A DNA stretch of 64,000 bases from Eledone cirrhosa (taxonomy: Eukaryota). Positions 23,282-37,775 of this stretch are shown here, piece by piece. The position numbers and the translations under genes were made by a program. Where the stretch lies: the NCBI GenBank assembly GCA_964016885.1, contig OZ024742.1, forward strand, positions 101,308,001 to 101,372,000, read 5' to 3'. The notes beneath the pieces were generated by a model. The model did no database searches, was not told where the DNA came from, and saw only the letters and a program-made list of their open reading frames with translations. How positions within the stretch are numbered: position 1 is the first letter of the stretch; the number at the start of each line of letters is the position of its first letter.

Positions 23282-25044
23282 CTAGCGGCCTCCCGGCCTT
23301 CGTTCTGGTCTATATTGTGCTCAAATCTATTCATAAGGCACCTATTATCATCTGCCGTAATGTCCATTTTACTTGGAATATAACATGTTGAAAGGTATTT
23401 AGATATTGCATAACATAATTTTTAAAATGTATTTAGAATATCTAAATACAGAAAGTAATAAAGAAAATAACAGAAAATTGTATTCTACGAAAATTATAAA
23501 ACATTTACAGAACTTCAGTATATACAATGGTTTTAACTTTTTCTTTGGAACATATATGAAGAGTTTGTGGGGGATTCCTAGTCTGGAACAACCTACATAC
23601 AATTGAACATGTGAGAAACATCCCTCTCCTAGATGGAGAATGATAACTTGCAGTATTTGACCTTGAGACTTGTTAATGGTCATTGCGTAACTGACTCTCA
23701 CTGGGAATTGCAATCGTTTGAGACGAAAGTGGACATCTGTTGGTATTAGCTGTATTCTAGGTATAAATACAATGTCTCCCTTACTACATCTAGTGAGGAT
23801 TTTGGCTTCGATAATGTGAGACTGTAGTTCAGTCACAACCATACGTGTCACATTGCACAATCATGACTGATCCAGGTTTCTGAGAAACATGCTAACTGTG
23901 CCCTTCTTCAATTCAAGGTTATGTGGCAGCATACCAGATGGTTCCAGTCTGTTGAGAAATTCAACGTAATAATGAACAGCATCGACCTCGTCGACAACTT
24001 TGTTGATAGATTTATAGGTCTGGCTACCTCCAGGAATCATTTGTGAGAGATTTTGTTGATGGCCTTCATTGTGATGTGTTGGGCGTGGGTGTGGCAAGGA
24101 ATACTCTTTCACACAGCCACACCTCATTGGAATGGTGGATTTCGAAATTGGGGAACGCTTAATTAATTAAGCTTACAATGCTTTCTACAACAGTACAAAA
24201 TGTTGAAGAATCAAAATATCCTTCAGTACAAAGGAGTTGCTTTTCTATAAATTTAAACGGCTGAGAGGTGTTTATTTGTAACTCCGTGTGACCCCTTCCC
24301 TTCCCACTTATGTTATTCGCTATGAAGAAATTTCCGAGGCTGAGCGAATCCGAGTACCCCTCTCCCCAATCTGTTGGGAGGGGGGGGGGTTATTGCGAGC
24401 ATGTCCGAGTCCAGATTAATTTAAAACACACGAAAAAACCTAGGAAAACAAAAATATCTTCACAATCCCCAGTGGGTGATTTACTATAAATTTAAACGGC
24501 TGAGAAGTACTTATCTGTAATTCCGTGTGTCCCCCTCACTCCATGCCTCCGTATTCGGAAAAGGGAGTAGTTGACGAGTGAATCGGATATCGGATCGTTC
24601 GAAAACAAAGGAAAAAAACATAGAAAAGAAAAAAAAAACTCCCACAGAAGAATTCTCCGAGGCTGGGAAAATCCGAGGGTCACCCCATTTCGTTTTCTAA
24701 GAAAAAATTGATTACCAACATGTCGGAGATCATATTAGCTGAAAACAGACGAAAACCCCTTAATTATTACCAATTTTATTTAGTGTTATTAGCGGTCAAC
24801 TTCGAAATAAACTTCCTTTGTATAGGTATATAACTAGATGAGGAACGAACAGATAGTATCTGCATGCTAAAAAGAGCAGTAACTTCTTCCCCAACTCGCG
24901 CCCTCAACTTTCTTCCCCATTCCGTTTTCGAAAAATAAGTCGACAGCGATCTTGTTGGAGGTGAGAATAGTTGAAAACACACGAATATCAATTTTATGCA
25001 AGTCTTAATAGCGGTCAACGTACAAACAAGCTTCCTTTTTATAA

Positions 25045-25046
<2 letters not shown>
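23282..25046 (-). mobile_element. Helitron 3: deletion derivative retaining the helicase C-terminus, with a tandem mini-unit at its head
   Basis: Tail CCAGAACGAAGGCCGG...GCTAG|T; EFLNRLEPSGMLPHNLELK, FIPRI, QFPVRVSYAMTINKSQGQ, FSHVQLYVGCSR; head TATACTTATAAAAAGGAAG duplicated at ~24810-24830. Confidence 0.85.
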
Positions 25047-25101
<55 letters not shown>

Positions 25102-25318
25102 ATATATATATACCCTTTGAATTTAATATATACTCCCATAAGGTTGAGTAAAACTTTAGGCAGTATTCGGCTGCGCTTTATAGAAACCAGCCTACTCGCC
25201 GACAGGCACCAATCACAAACCTTCTGCCTTGACCACTGGCCACGTGATGGTTCTTAGCCATTTTGAATTCATTTCCGGCGGGGATCATGGTAGAAGAATC
25301 TTAGTCCAGTCTGGGGTA

Positions 25319-25386
25319 TCTCCTGATGAGTTCCGCGCCTCGTGGATTTATCCAAGACCGGATATATCCAAAATTGTTGGTAGAGA
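25319..25386 (+). ncRNA. Decayed type I hammerhead ribozyme
   Basis: TCTC-CTGATGA-G..TCCG...CGGA...C-AAAA (GAAA with G->A)-TTGTTGG-TA-GAGA. Confidence 0.45.
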
Positions 25387-25683
25387 CTATGAGGATTTTG
25401 ATGAAATTTATGTGCATTCTTTCTTCTAACTTCAATTTTGTACCTAATTCCGTCTAGTTAACTATTTGTCTAGTCAATTTCTACAGGCTAGGATAAATAC
25501 TAGGTAAGTGTCATATAGCTGTGCATCGCGGAAAAGAAGCTATATCATTTATCTATTATTTCTTCATAAGTACATTTTAAACTTATAGCCTCGTTTAAAT
25601 GATTTTTTGTGTGTTTAATTTATACTAATTGGGAGAGGAAATATTGTATATATTTTATCTAATGATTCTTTGGACTTACATTT

Positions 25684-25777
<94 letters not shown>

Positions 25778-25957
25778 AGGGAAGCAGAAAATTGCTTATT
25801 GTAATCCAGTTCGTGGTTAAGATAGCCAGTTTCATGGACGGTTTCAACGTACGGTTAGGGGTAACTCCACAAGTTTGTAAGAATCACGTTCAATCTTGGA
25901 GTGTAAAGGATAAAAGAGAAAACATAGGTAAGCATTAAAAAAAGGATTTTATCCAGG

Positions 25958-26028
25958 TATTTACGACCGTTTCATTGGTAAGTGCAACCTTATATTGCTA
26001 TATTGCAAATAGCAGTCACTCAATAATA
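25958..26028 (-). ncRNA. Hammerhead-like motif with variant core in the inverted pLTR
   Basis: TATT-A-TTGAGTGA-branched stem II-GAAA-CGGTCG-TA-AATA. Confidence 0.45.
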
Positions 26029-26564
26029 ATTGTTGTACACGTCCAAATTTTCAAAATAGTGAATAAGTTACTCTTAACAAGTTCTTAATATATAGAAAAA
26101 CATTTTTTGGAATTGTATTTGCTAGTATAGAGAGGGAGGAAGAGGAATTAGAAAGTGGAGGGACAGACAAAGGGAGTAGTATAGAGAGAGAGGAAGGGGG
26201 AGAAGAATTAGGAAGTAGGGTGACAAACTGAGATGCTGGGAGGGGTAGAGGTGGAAGGAATCTTTGACCAGTTTTGATATATGTAGAAATGATGTCGTCG
26301 ATTTAGAGTGTAGTGAGTTAAAGAAAATTAAATTGTTTATAGTGGGAGGGATGGAGAGAAAGAGGGAGAGAAAGAGAGAGAGGGGGAGAGATAGAGAGAT
26401 AAATATATATATATATAAAGGGGGGGAGAAAAGAAAAGACATAAAAAAAGAGAGAGAAGAAAGGAAGAAAACAAAAAGAAATAGAAAAAGAATGAAGGAG
26501 AAGGGAGGGATGTAGGTATTGGTTTTTGTGGGTAATTAAAGGGGTTGTATACAATAAGAGGGTA

Positions 26565-28117
26565 AAAAAGCCTCAGATAAAGCCTTAGCATTCGTCAAAG
26601 CCAATCCTGCCTTAATAAACGACGAGATAAAAATTATATTAGCTGCCAGGAAAACAATAATTAAATTTGAAAACGCCTATTGGGAACGTAAGGATAGATT
26701 AAATAACTTCGACATCACGGTAGGGGCTAATGACTCGGCTCAAGTCACAGATTTAGTAGGTATTTACATAGCCCATAATTTACAGAGGGAGTTTAGCGAC
26801 CTTCGCGGTGGAATCTACAGAGACGATGCCCTTCTCCTAGTTAAGAACCTAAAACCAGAGCATAGAAAGACTCCGTAAGAATATTAGAAAGACTATCGGG
26901 AAATTGGGCCTTAGCATAAGTATGAATATAGCACTAATATAGTTAACTTTCTAGACGCGACGCTTAACCTAAATACGGGACTTGTAAGACCTTTTCACAA
27001 GATTAATGAGAACTTAGCATACATCAACTGTAATTCGAACCACCCACTATCCATAATTAAATCCGTTCCGCGCAGCATATCCCTTAGGATCTCCCGCCTC
27101 TCGTCTAACCAACAAATCTTCGAGGAACATGCATAGTACTACAATACCGCACTAGAAAAAGCAGGGCACTTAGATAGAGTAGAATATATAGATGAAAGCC
27201 TCCGCAAAGCACACACGAACACGCATAACACAAACTCCAGAAACACACGCACACACACATTTACGCATAGAACTACAAATTATAATGAAAATAGAAATAC
27301 AACATCGAAATCAAGCAGGTCACGCAGTAGAAAATATATTTGGTATAACCCCATATTTAACACCTCTATTAGTACTAACCTACCCTCTACTTTCTTTAGA
27401 ATAATAAATAAGCACTTTCCAGATTTACATAGATACAGCAAAATCCTTAACACTAAATCTATTAGAGTATCTTACTCCACGGCACCAAACATAGAGGCAC
27501 ACATTAAGATGCTTAACGCTAAAAAGATACGTAACAACACCAAAACACAAATTTATAACAATAACAATACAATTACCATTGAACACAACAGAATATCTAA
27601 TACACAACCACCCACTAATAGGCAAACAAGACGTAACACACTTGTACAGGCATCGCAGCCCACTAATAATGCCAAGGTTGCCCATGACAAGAATTGTAAT
27701 TGCCACCTACCTGAAACCTGTCCATTATATAACGAATGTATGGTTTACCAATGCACAGTGGAATCAAACAACCAGAAATGGTATTACATCGGAGCGACTG
27801 GGAATACATTTAAAGCTCGTTGGTATACACACCGTTACGCAATGAAACATTCCCAGCATCGTTATGTAACTACCCTTGCGAACAAGACCTAGCAACTGAG
27901 GGAAAGTAACCATCAATACACCCTGAAGTGGAAAAAATTATCGAACGCTCCCCCATATCGGAGTGGTATGAGAAGCTGTCGATTATGTGACCTTGAGCTG
28001 TTCCACATTTTGAGTTCGAAGAATAAGTTACTCAACAATAAAATCGAAAGATCGATTTATTGTAACCATAGACTCAAAGAAAAGTTTTCGCACTCCAAGT
28101 GCAAATCGAACCCTTAA
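26565..28117 (+). pseudogene. PLE reverse transcriptase (partial) + GIY-YIG endonuclease pseudogene
   Basis: FDITVGANDSAQVTDLVG, GIYRDD, VNFLD, SNHP, CNC....CPL, VYQC...YIGATGNTFKARW, CRLCDLE...LLN...CNHR. Confidence 0.92.
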
Positions 28118-28686
28118 CCTCTTACTACCACCTGACAAACTGCATATACTTAGAATTTCTATCCTCTTATTGTATACAACCCCTTTAATTACCCACAAAA
28201 ACCAATACCTATATCCCTCCCTTCTCCTTCATTCCTTTTCTATTTCTTTTCGTTTTCTTCCTTTCTTCTCTCTCTTTTTTTTATGTCTTTTCTTTTCTTC
28301 TCCCCCTCCCTTTATATATATATATATATATTTATCTTTCTATCTCTCCCCCTCTCTCTCTCTTTCTCTCCCCCTCTCTCTCTCTCTCTCTCTCCATCCC
28401 TCCCACTATAAACAATTTAATTCTCTTTAACTCACTACACTCTAAATCGACGACATCATGTCTACATATATCAAAACTGATCAAAGATTCCTTCCACTTC
28501 TACCCCTCCCAGCATCTCAGTTTGTCACCCTACTTCCTAATTCTTCTCCCCCTTCCTCTCTCTCTATACTACTCCCTTTGTCTGTCCCTCCACTTTCTAA
28601 TTCCTCTTCCTCTCTCTCTATACTAGCAAATACAATTCCAAAAAATGTTTTTCTATACATTAAGAAATTTGGACGTGTACAACAAT

Positions 28687-28757
28687 TATTACTGAGTGGT
28701 TGCTATTTGCAGTATAGCAATATAAGGTTGCACTTACCAATGAAACGGTCGTAAATA
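28687..28757 (+). ncRNA. Hammerhead-like motif with variant core in the Neptune 3' pLTR
   Basis: TATT-A-CTGAGTGG-TTGCTAT..ATAGCAA..TAAG..CTTA..-GAAA-CGGTCG-TA-AATA. Confidence 0.45.
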
Positions 28758-28826
28758 CCTGGATAAAATCCTTTTTTTAATGCTTACCTGTGTTTTCTCT
28801 TTTATCCTTATATATATATATATACG

Positions 28827-28992
<166 letters not shown>

Positions 28993-29037
28993 TATATAGA
29001 TATATAATACAAGGACGATTTGTTAACATATACACAC

Positions 29038-29100
<63 letters not shown>

Positions 29101-30103
29101 AGTATGTCAACACTGTACGGCTTAATTCGGAATGTTTGTTTACAAACACACCGAGCATTATAATAAAGGTTCGGTAAACCCATACGTACATATATATATA
29201 TATATATATATGTGCATGTATGTATATATATACATACCACTGTACGTTTGTATACATATGTGTATGTACGAATACATACTTATATTTAAGTAACAGCCGT
29301 ACTAAGAGTGAGAAATGAAACCTCGTTTTATTTTTTCCGTTTATATATATATATTAAGCTCTCTCTCATATATATATATATATACAATATAAAACGAAAA
29401 ATCAGTGATGCATCTGGACTCAATTTATTGTGTTACAATTGTTTCGCCAGCAGACAACTCGAGACACGATCATATCTGTCTGATTCTAGAATTGCAGGTT
29501 CGTCGAACACTTGCAATAATTACGGAACAAATTTTCTCACTGGGGTTTTAGCTTCAAAAAACATCTTCCTCGCTTGTCCTGCTGTTGGCTGTTGTTTTTC
29601 TGCGTCATCATAAATTCTGGCCCATATTTGCTGCCATACTGTCCATCAGCTACTCTCCGTCCGGAAACACTTCAATGAATTCATGCTGGGTTTGGTATTT
29701 CACAAGTCACTCACACACACATATACACACACATACACACATATATACATACACATACACACACGCGCGCACACATACATATATACATATATATATACAT
29801 ACACACACATGTACATATACACACCCATATACTTATTCACACACACTCACATACACACACACACGCCCACGACCATATAACTAACAACATACGCGTCCAC
29901 AGGCGCCTGCCTACATGCCCTCGTACATCAGCTCTCACACGCACGCACACGCACACACACACACGCACACGCATACAAGGACACACACATGTGTACGCGT
30001 TCATCTACTCATATTCACAAACACGTACAGACATATACACAGACACGCACACGCACATACACACGCCTATCCGTACAAAGAGGCACAAAGACAGACACGC
30101 TTC

Positions 30104-30171
<68 letters not shown>

Positions 30172-31356
30172 CGTGTATATGTACACACACAAACGTACTC
30201 ACAAACAATCCCTTACCCTGTTTTAGGTGCACGTACACACACACACACACACACATACACACACACATACACACTGGCTCATATACATTCAAACAAATAC
30301 GCGCCCAAATAGCTCCGTGCCCACGTACATCTACAAAGATACATACACGCACACACATCTCTGTCCGTACTCAAATGTGATACACTCACAGTCATATAAA
30401 TCTGCACAAAAGGTCATACAGGGTCATCCATGAAAGGTTGCATCCTGTTATACATGCACGAGTATAAACAATGTAACCAAATACATACATCCCTACACAT
30501 AAAAATTATAACTATAATTATTTTATAAATTATATAATGTGAATTATTTTCAATATAATATAAATAATTAAATATAATATAATAAAATTTAATAAGAATT
30601 ACCTTCGTGAGGACGAAAATATTATTTCTTCTTTCTCATGTTTGCAAATAGTTTAAATATGATTTCATAAAATATGATTTTATAAATTAAATATGACAGT
30701 ATACTTTAATATTAATACAGATATTTATAAACTTTTATAGCCTGAAATATTATACACTTTGATTAATTCATTACTCTGAACTAACTTAAATGATTTGAAA
30801 GTTAACGGTCAACTGGATACGTTTGGATAGTATATATAACTAATTAACTAAGGACTAGAAATTAACCTTCATACAATTACACCCAGTTATAGTTAAGATT
30901 TAGATTGATGAATACTTCTAGATAATTCAATAATTCAAAGATTCGAGTTTACTCTTTCGCAAAGCTATGCCCAAATGTATAGTTCTGTATAGATATATAT
31001 ATAATTCATCCCTCCCTATGTTTTACACTATAAAAATTATTCCTTTTGTCTCTCTTTCCTTGATCAATTCTCTTTTGCTCTCTATACTTCTACTAGCTAT
31101 ATTATCCCCTCATCTGCTTTCTCTCTGTCTTTCTTTTTTCTTTCCTCTTTTTTCTTTTCTCTTTCTTCAGTTATGTATATTGCTGTTATGTATTTTTAAG
31201 CTTTCTCACACGCACCCTCTGTATTATATGTACTATATGTAAGTTTTTTCAAGTCTCAATCTTAAGGTATATAAATATTGAGTTTTGTCATATCTTACTC
31301 ACTACCATGACTGAACCTTAACCATCTACTATGTCAGGGTATGTCAGGCATCATCT

Positions 31357-31423
31357 TATTTTATCTGATGAGGACGTACTGTTGAAGTTAGCTCAGTACC
31401 TCTGAAATATGTATAATAAAATA
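31357..31423 (+). ncRNA. Minimal type I hammerhead ribozyme
   Basis: TATTTTAT-CTGATGA-GGACGTACTG...CAGTACCTCT-GAAA-TATGTA-TA-ATAAAATA: perfect 8-bp stem I, AUA site. Confidence 0.85.
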
Positions 31424-31682
31424 TACTTGATCACAAGAATGTCTATTTTTGTTAATATTTTGAATTAATATTAATAACTCCGGAAAACCAAATTCTGTTG
31501 AGTGCTGCCAATCTATTGTAAAACTCATTCTTTGATTTATTCATTGAACCTTGTTGAACCTTTAAATATATATATATATATATATGTGTAAAGTGATTCC
31601 GTCGGAAAGGTCCAGGAAAAAAGAGTGCTCTATGTAGGTTACAGAGCTTATTAGTTATGTAATAAACAACATAAGATAATTA

Positions 31683-31742
31683 TTTCATTTACCAGTGGTT
31701 TCTTGAAAGCAACCAAAATTGCTTTCATTCATCAGAATGAAA
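31683..31742 (-). ncRNA. Minimal type I hammerhead ribozyme
   Basis: TTTCATT-CTGATGA-A-TGAAAGCAA-TTTTGG-TTGCTTTCA-A-GAAA-CCACTGG-TA-AATGAAA: 7-bp stem I, 9-bp stem II, GUA site. Confidence 0.88.
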
Positions 31743-32040
31743 AAATGCTGGTGTCTTTATTGACAGTGGATTTGAAAAACAAAATTATAACAGATATTAA
31801 AGTGATCCGGAGGGAAAAAAAAGAGGGAGTAAAAAGAATAATAAATAAGAATATTTAACAACACACACACGCACACACACTCACATATATGCACATATAT
31901 ACATATATATATAAATATATACACGCATATATACACATATATATACACAGAGACACACATACACACACATACATATATATATATATACATATCCATACAT
32001 AAACACACCATATATATATATATATATATATATATACATG

Positions 32041-32124
<84 letters not shown>

Positions 32125-32439
32125 TATACATACACATACATACATACATACATACATACATACATACATACATACATACATACATACATACAAACATACA
32201 TACATACATACATACATACATACATACATACATACATACATACATACATACATACATACACACACATATATCTACACACATGCATACGTACTCACATATA
32301 AAAGGATACATATGCACACACACAAATAAGAATAAATAATCATAATAGGCCGTCACATAAAAAATAAGGATTAAGAAAATAAAAAAATAAAAAAATCAAA
32401 AATATTAAGTTGACAGCGATACAAGACGGCAAAATTTAA

Positions 32440-34697
32440 AATAATAATAATAATAATAATAATGCTTTCTTTATTAACCACAAGGGTTTACATAAAGTAG
32501 ACATTAAGGACAGTACAGGACAATACAGGACGGTACAAATGGGCATTTCTGCGTGTAAAAAAAAACAGAGGATGTAATAAAAAATAACAATGAAAAATTC
32601 CCCAATAGGGGGGAGACTTCCGAGGGACATTTGTGGAGAAAGCCCATTAAAAGGCCACAGTGACCCTGACCACCAGGGCAAGTGCCCTCTCCCAGTTTTC
32701 CACCTTTAATTTACAGACAGATACTCAGAGTAGGCCCATTCAGACGGGCCATACTTGCTTCTTTCACCCATCTTTCAACAAAATGCTGGGAAGAGAGCAC
32801 TTCCCTCTCTACCCTGATTTTCCTTTTCAAATGAAATTTGAAAAAGTTAATCAGGGCATCACCGAAGAGGCAAGTGCTCGTCTTCAGCCCTTTCAAACGT
32901 GTCCACCATACTATCTCTTTCGCCATGGCCACCAGACAGATAAAAACTGTCTGCCCTTCCCGGCTAAAGGAAGAGGGCGGGGCAATCCTCACGATGGACT
33001 CAGCTGATAGCTGGATCCGTCCTACACGTGACAGCAGGTGTTCGACATAAACCCACAAGTCAGCAATGCTCGGACACTGGACGAGTGCGTGCAGGACGGT
33101 TTCGTCACCCTGCGCGCATCTAGGACATGCCCGGCTGACAGCACCTCCATGCCTGTAGAGTTTATCCCGAACTGGCAAAGCTCCTCGGTAGCACTGCCAG
33201 GCCAGGGATTTCTGGAAGTTGTCCATAGGCCCCGGCCCGAAAATCCTTCCGAAGAGATTGGCTAGTTGATTTTCGTCGACGCCTAGAGTTTCTCCAAGTA
33301 CGTCGTCGCTCTTCCCCTCCACTAATCCTCTATAGAACGCCAAGGTGGAGTTTCCACTGATCACATTGCCCAATTGGTCGAGGGCTGTGAGCGCCTGAAG
33401 ACATTCCAGTCTCCAAGCGCTCCCTCTCGGTCTTCGCTTGACCCAGGACTGCAGCTCCGTCAAGGAGACGAGCTGGGGAAAGACGTGTCTAGCAAACAAC
33501 GACCACACCTGATCACCGTCGAGGAATAGGTGGAGATGTCGTAGCCTGAGCGCGTGTCTGCGCATCATCAGCCACGGCATGCCCAGCCCTCCAGGTAGCG
33601 GGTGTTGACAGCAGATGGACCGCCTGACCATCGGTGCGCGTCCCTTCCACAAAAAGCGAAAGAGCAAACGCACCAGCGCAGTCAGGCGGGGCTTAGGACA
33701 AGGTACGACGGTCAGGCGGTAGTAGATGACTGACGCGATGTACGCGTTAGCCACCTCCGCTCGACCTTTCAGGGATAGCTTCCTCTCCGCCCATTTCTGG
33801 GTGAGAGAAGCCACCCTGCTCGTCACCTCGTCCCAGTTTTTGTCCGTCTGGAGGTCCGGACTGAACCAGACCCCTAGCAATTTAACCGGTCCGTCCGTCC
33901 AGCGTCCGACAACGCTGTTGGACGGCATGAACCTGCTTCTCCAGGTGCCGAGCTGCAGGCCCACTCACTTTTCCTGGTTGATCATTGCTCCTGTCACCGC
34001 TTCGTATTCTCTTAGTGTAGTGCCGATCGCCTCTATGTGTTTGGCGTTCGACACCACTACGGTGACATCGTCCGCATATGCTGACACGGATCTTCCGCAT
34101 CCTAGTTCGCGCGGGACCCCCTCAACGTCTTCAGTTTGTGCAGTAATGGCTCGAGAGTCAATACGTACAAGAGGGACGAGAGGGGACATCCTTGGCGGAC
34201 CGAGTGCATGATTTTGAACGGTTCCGAAAGGTGACCGTTCACTCTCACCACAGAGCAGATGTCGCTGTGCATGGCAGCGATCCAGCCTCTGAAGACGGGC
34301 CCAAAGCCAGCCGCCCTCAGGACTGCGGCTAGGTAACGATGGTCGAACCTATCGAAAGCTTTCAACTGATCTAAATTGATCAAGGAAAGCACCCGTGCCA
34401 GGTTCCCTAGCTACCCTCTCTACGATGTATCGCATGAGGTGGAGGTTGTCGTGGATGGATCTGTCGGGAATGGCGCCAACCTCTTTGCTAGCACCTTGGC
34501 CAAAATCTTGAACTCTGTGTTTAGCAGAGTTATGGGCCTGAAATTATCTATGTTATCCCCCTTGTTCGGATCCTTTCTCAGCAGCGCCACAGCTCCTCGG
34601 CTCACAGAGCTGGGAATTCTCCCGTTCTGTTGCTAGTTGCAGTAGACGTCCGCCAAGAGGCCTCCGAACAAGTCTGGCATCTGTACGTAAAGTTCAT
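32440..34697 (-). mobile_element. 5'-truncated Tx1/L1-clade LINE (RT + C-terminal zinc finger) with (TTA)n tail
   Basis: [58 protein letters not shown]...ETVLHALVQCP; AATAAA before the tail. Confidence 0.93.
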
Positions 34698-34885
34698 ATA
34701 TTTAGTTTTTTTGTGCATTTGCTTACCACGTGCGTTTGGTCATTTTTTATTATTATTATTGCCACCATCCACACCATCATCACCAACCCCATCACCACAA
34801 ATACCAACACCATCACCATCATTAACCCCAACACCACCACCACCAACACCACAAAAGTCACCAAAAAGCGAAACAGAAACAAACC

Positions 34886-34965
<80 letters not shown>

Positions 34966-34980
34966 TACACGCACACAAAT

Positions 34981-35029
<49 letters not shown>

Positions 35030-35911
35030 CACACACATACACATATATACACATATATACATATATACACAAAAGAAAAACAAAAATTTATTTTCAATTT
35101 TATGAACATATATATATATATATATATACATACACATATATATATATACAATATATTAACAAATGGAAACTATATTTATAAAACCATATTTACTTCATTA
35201 TACATATTTCAAGGGCCACCAAGGCAAACTATGGTGCGCTTTAATCAGATAAAATATAATATAGGTTAGTTTTATAAATAAATATTGACACGCACGCACA
35301 TACACACCCACATATATATGTACATACACACACATACATACACATCTATAAAAAAAACTACAATATACTAAAATATACATCTAACGTCATACATTAAAAG
35401 ATGTATCTCGTACTAAACATGCACAGATATACACATTATAATCATATACATACATCCATACATATTCACGTAAGATATGGTGGCTGCCAACTCGTTTTCG
35501 AGTACGGCCACTACTTTATATCCATGTAGGAGAACCCCTACCGATGCGTTGAACGAGTGTGACTTTTTAGTCCAGCCAGCTACTTGAAAACTCTGGTACA
35601 AACACTACACTTGTGACAATTATTGACACATAGTGCTGGGCCCCTGGTACCATGTGACGACAAGTGCAGAGAGAGATCTCCAGATATAAAGCAATGCCTG
35701 TGCCGTGAAGCTTTTATAGTGAGCAAAGGCACTGCACAAAGCCAGTCCCACACTCTTAACCAAGATTATATTTACCAAAAAGAAGAACAAGTCAACATCA
35801 TTGGATACCATCAGGGCTGCAGGTGTTATATCAGAGTTTTCCTTCTAGAATTCTGCCTTGACAAAGGCTAAGGGGTCATCTCTCCCGGTGATTTTGAATG
35901 GCCATTGACTC

Positions 35912-36085
35912 TTAAGAGCTCCTTTTCCCTTTGACAGGTTTTGTTTTTAGTCCTGCAGGATGTCCAAAGTCACCCTCCTCACCAAGAAACCTTGGTGGGG
36001 TTGTCAGTTTAGTCGCCAACGACCCGACCATGAGACAGGTTGTATTGGGATACATGTTACCAGTAGCACCAACTGGTGACCTGAC
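35912..36085 (-). mobile_element. Second copy of the 13765-13884 module
   Basis: Direct sequence match to 13765-13884. Confidence 0.6.
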
Positions 36086-36101
36086 ATACGTAAGATATAC
36101 A

Positions 36102-36228
<127 letters not shown>

Positions 36229-36234
36229 ATCTAC

Positions 36235-36331
<97 letters not shown>

Positions 36332-36439
36332 CATATATATATACACTCATACGCTTACACATATACACATATAAAAACAATAAAATAAATATACAATACA
36401 TCCATACACATTCACGTAACATATACATACACACACACG

Positions 36440-36539
<100 letters not shown>

Positions 36540-37775
36540 CATACGTATATATATTTCTATATACACACACACATATATATACACACACGCCTACGCATAT
36601 ACACACATATAAAAACAAAATAAATATACAATATATTAAAATATTCATATAACGTCACATAGATATATTAAAAAAAGAGAGGAGAAAGGAGAAGGTACGT
36701 GTATGCGTGTGATATAGTACATATGGGGGAGTATAAGATGACACTTAAGTCTGTGTACGTAACAAATAATATGTGTTCGAAAATGGAACACGTGGAGAGT
36801 ATGTATTCACTTTTGAAAAGGTACACATGCATGGGGACGCGTAGCCCGGTCATATTGGGGTTTGTCACTGTGGTTGAGGTGTGTTGTCCTATAGGTGTAA
36901 GGTACTTGACTGAACGACCGTGGAATTCGGGTCAACCTGTCTCGGCTCAGGCGATGTTCCTGCTTAGGGTGACGTGCAGAGTCGGGTATGTATCTTGGGT
37001 TATTTTGGTTTACCCCACGGGGCATATAATGTCATCAGGGTATGGTGTCTGATCCCTTGAACCCGTTTCGTCGCTCTGGTCGGCGCGTGCTCCGCCGCTT
37101 GCCCTTAGCCTGGGCTTCCCGGAGGATTCCATGCGGAGAGTGTGCACCTTCTCTGGTGTCTGCAGGTCATGTTAATTTCTGATTTCAGGTTGACCGCGTC
37201 ATCCTTCAGTCTGACTATTTCCATGGCCTCGTATTTCAGGCCTTTGAGGTCTACAGAAGCACAGAGACATCGGAGCACCACGACATACAACAAACTATGT
37301 AAGGATTCACCACTATCAACAGACCCCATGAGGCCTACAGATACACACAGAGACATTTGAGCCCTACTACTACAGACCATGTACAAGCCACAGTGGTCTA
37401 CAACTAATTACAGACCATTCAGAGATATACAAACCACATCTCTCTCTCTTTTACTAACTACGGTCTTCCAACTACTACCACGGACTCCAAATTTCAACAA
37501 CAACAACAATTATCTGTCGCTCGCTGTTTTCACACCACCACCAACAACAGCCTCACATCAGCAACAATAACAACATTAACAACTCTTGGTAACTGTTTTA
37601 TATGTACTTTTTAATTGATTCGCGTGAAGTAAACCATATATAAACCAAATCATTTATTATTTATATTTTCGTTATTACATTTATACTTATTATTATAGTT
37701 ATTTCATCTAACAACTCTGTTATAATCATTTCTAATAACCACATATAACCATCTAACTTTTCATTTAACCGTTCG

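Larger units (their letters stand above)
25906..28809 (+). mobile_element. 5'-truncated Penelope-like element (Neptune type) with ~650-bp inverted pLTR arms (25906-26564 / 28160-28809), abutting (TA)n
   Basis: RT + GIY-YIG remnants bracketed by a reverse-complement copy of the 3' UTR. Confidence 0.92.

Noticed and set aside
35990-36085. Possible HDV-like ribozyme in the repeat module (GG-GTCG-TTGG-CGA-CTAA; also ~13815-13885)
   Set aside because: P4/J4-2-like and partial P1/P2 pairing are visible, but I could not place a P3/L3 with correct spacing; it needs an RNArobo or Infernal search.
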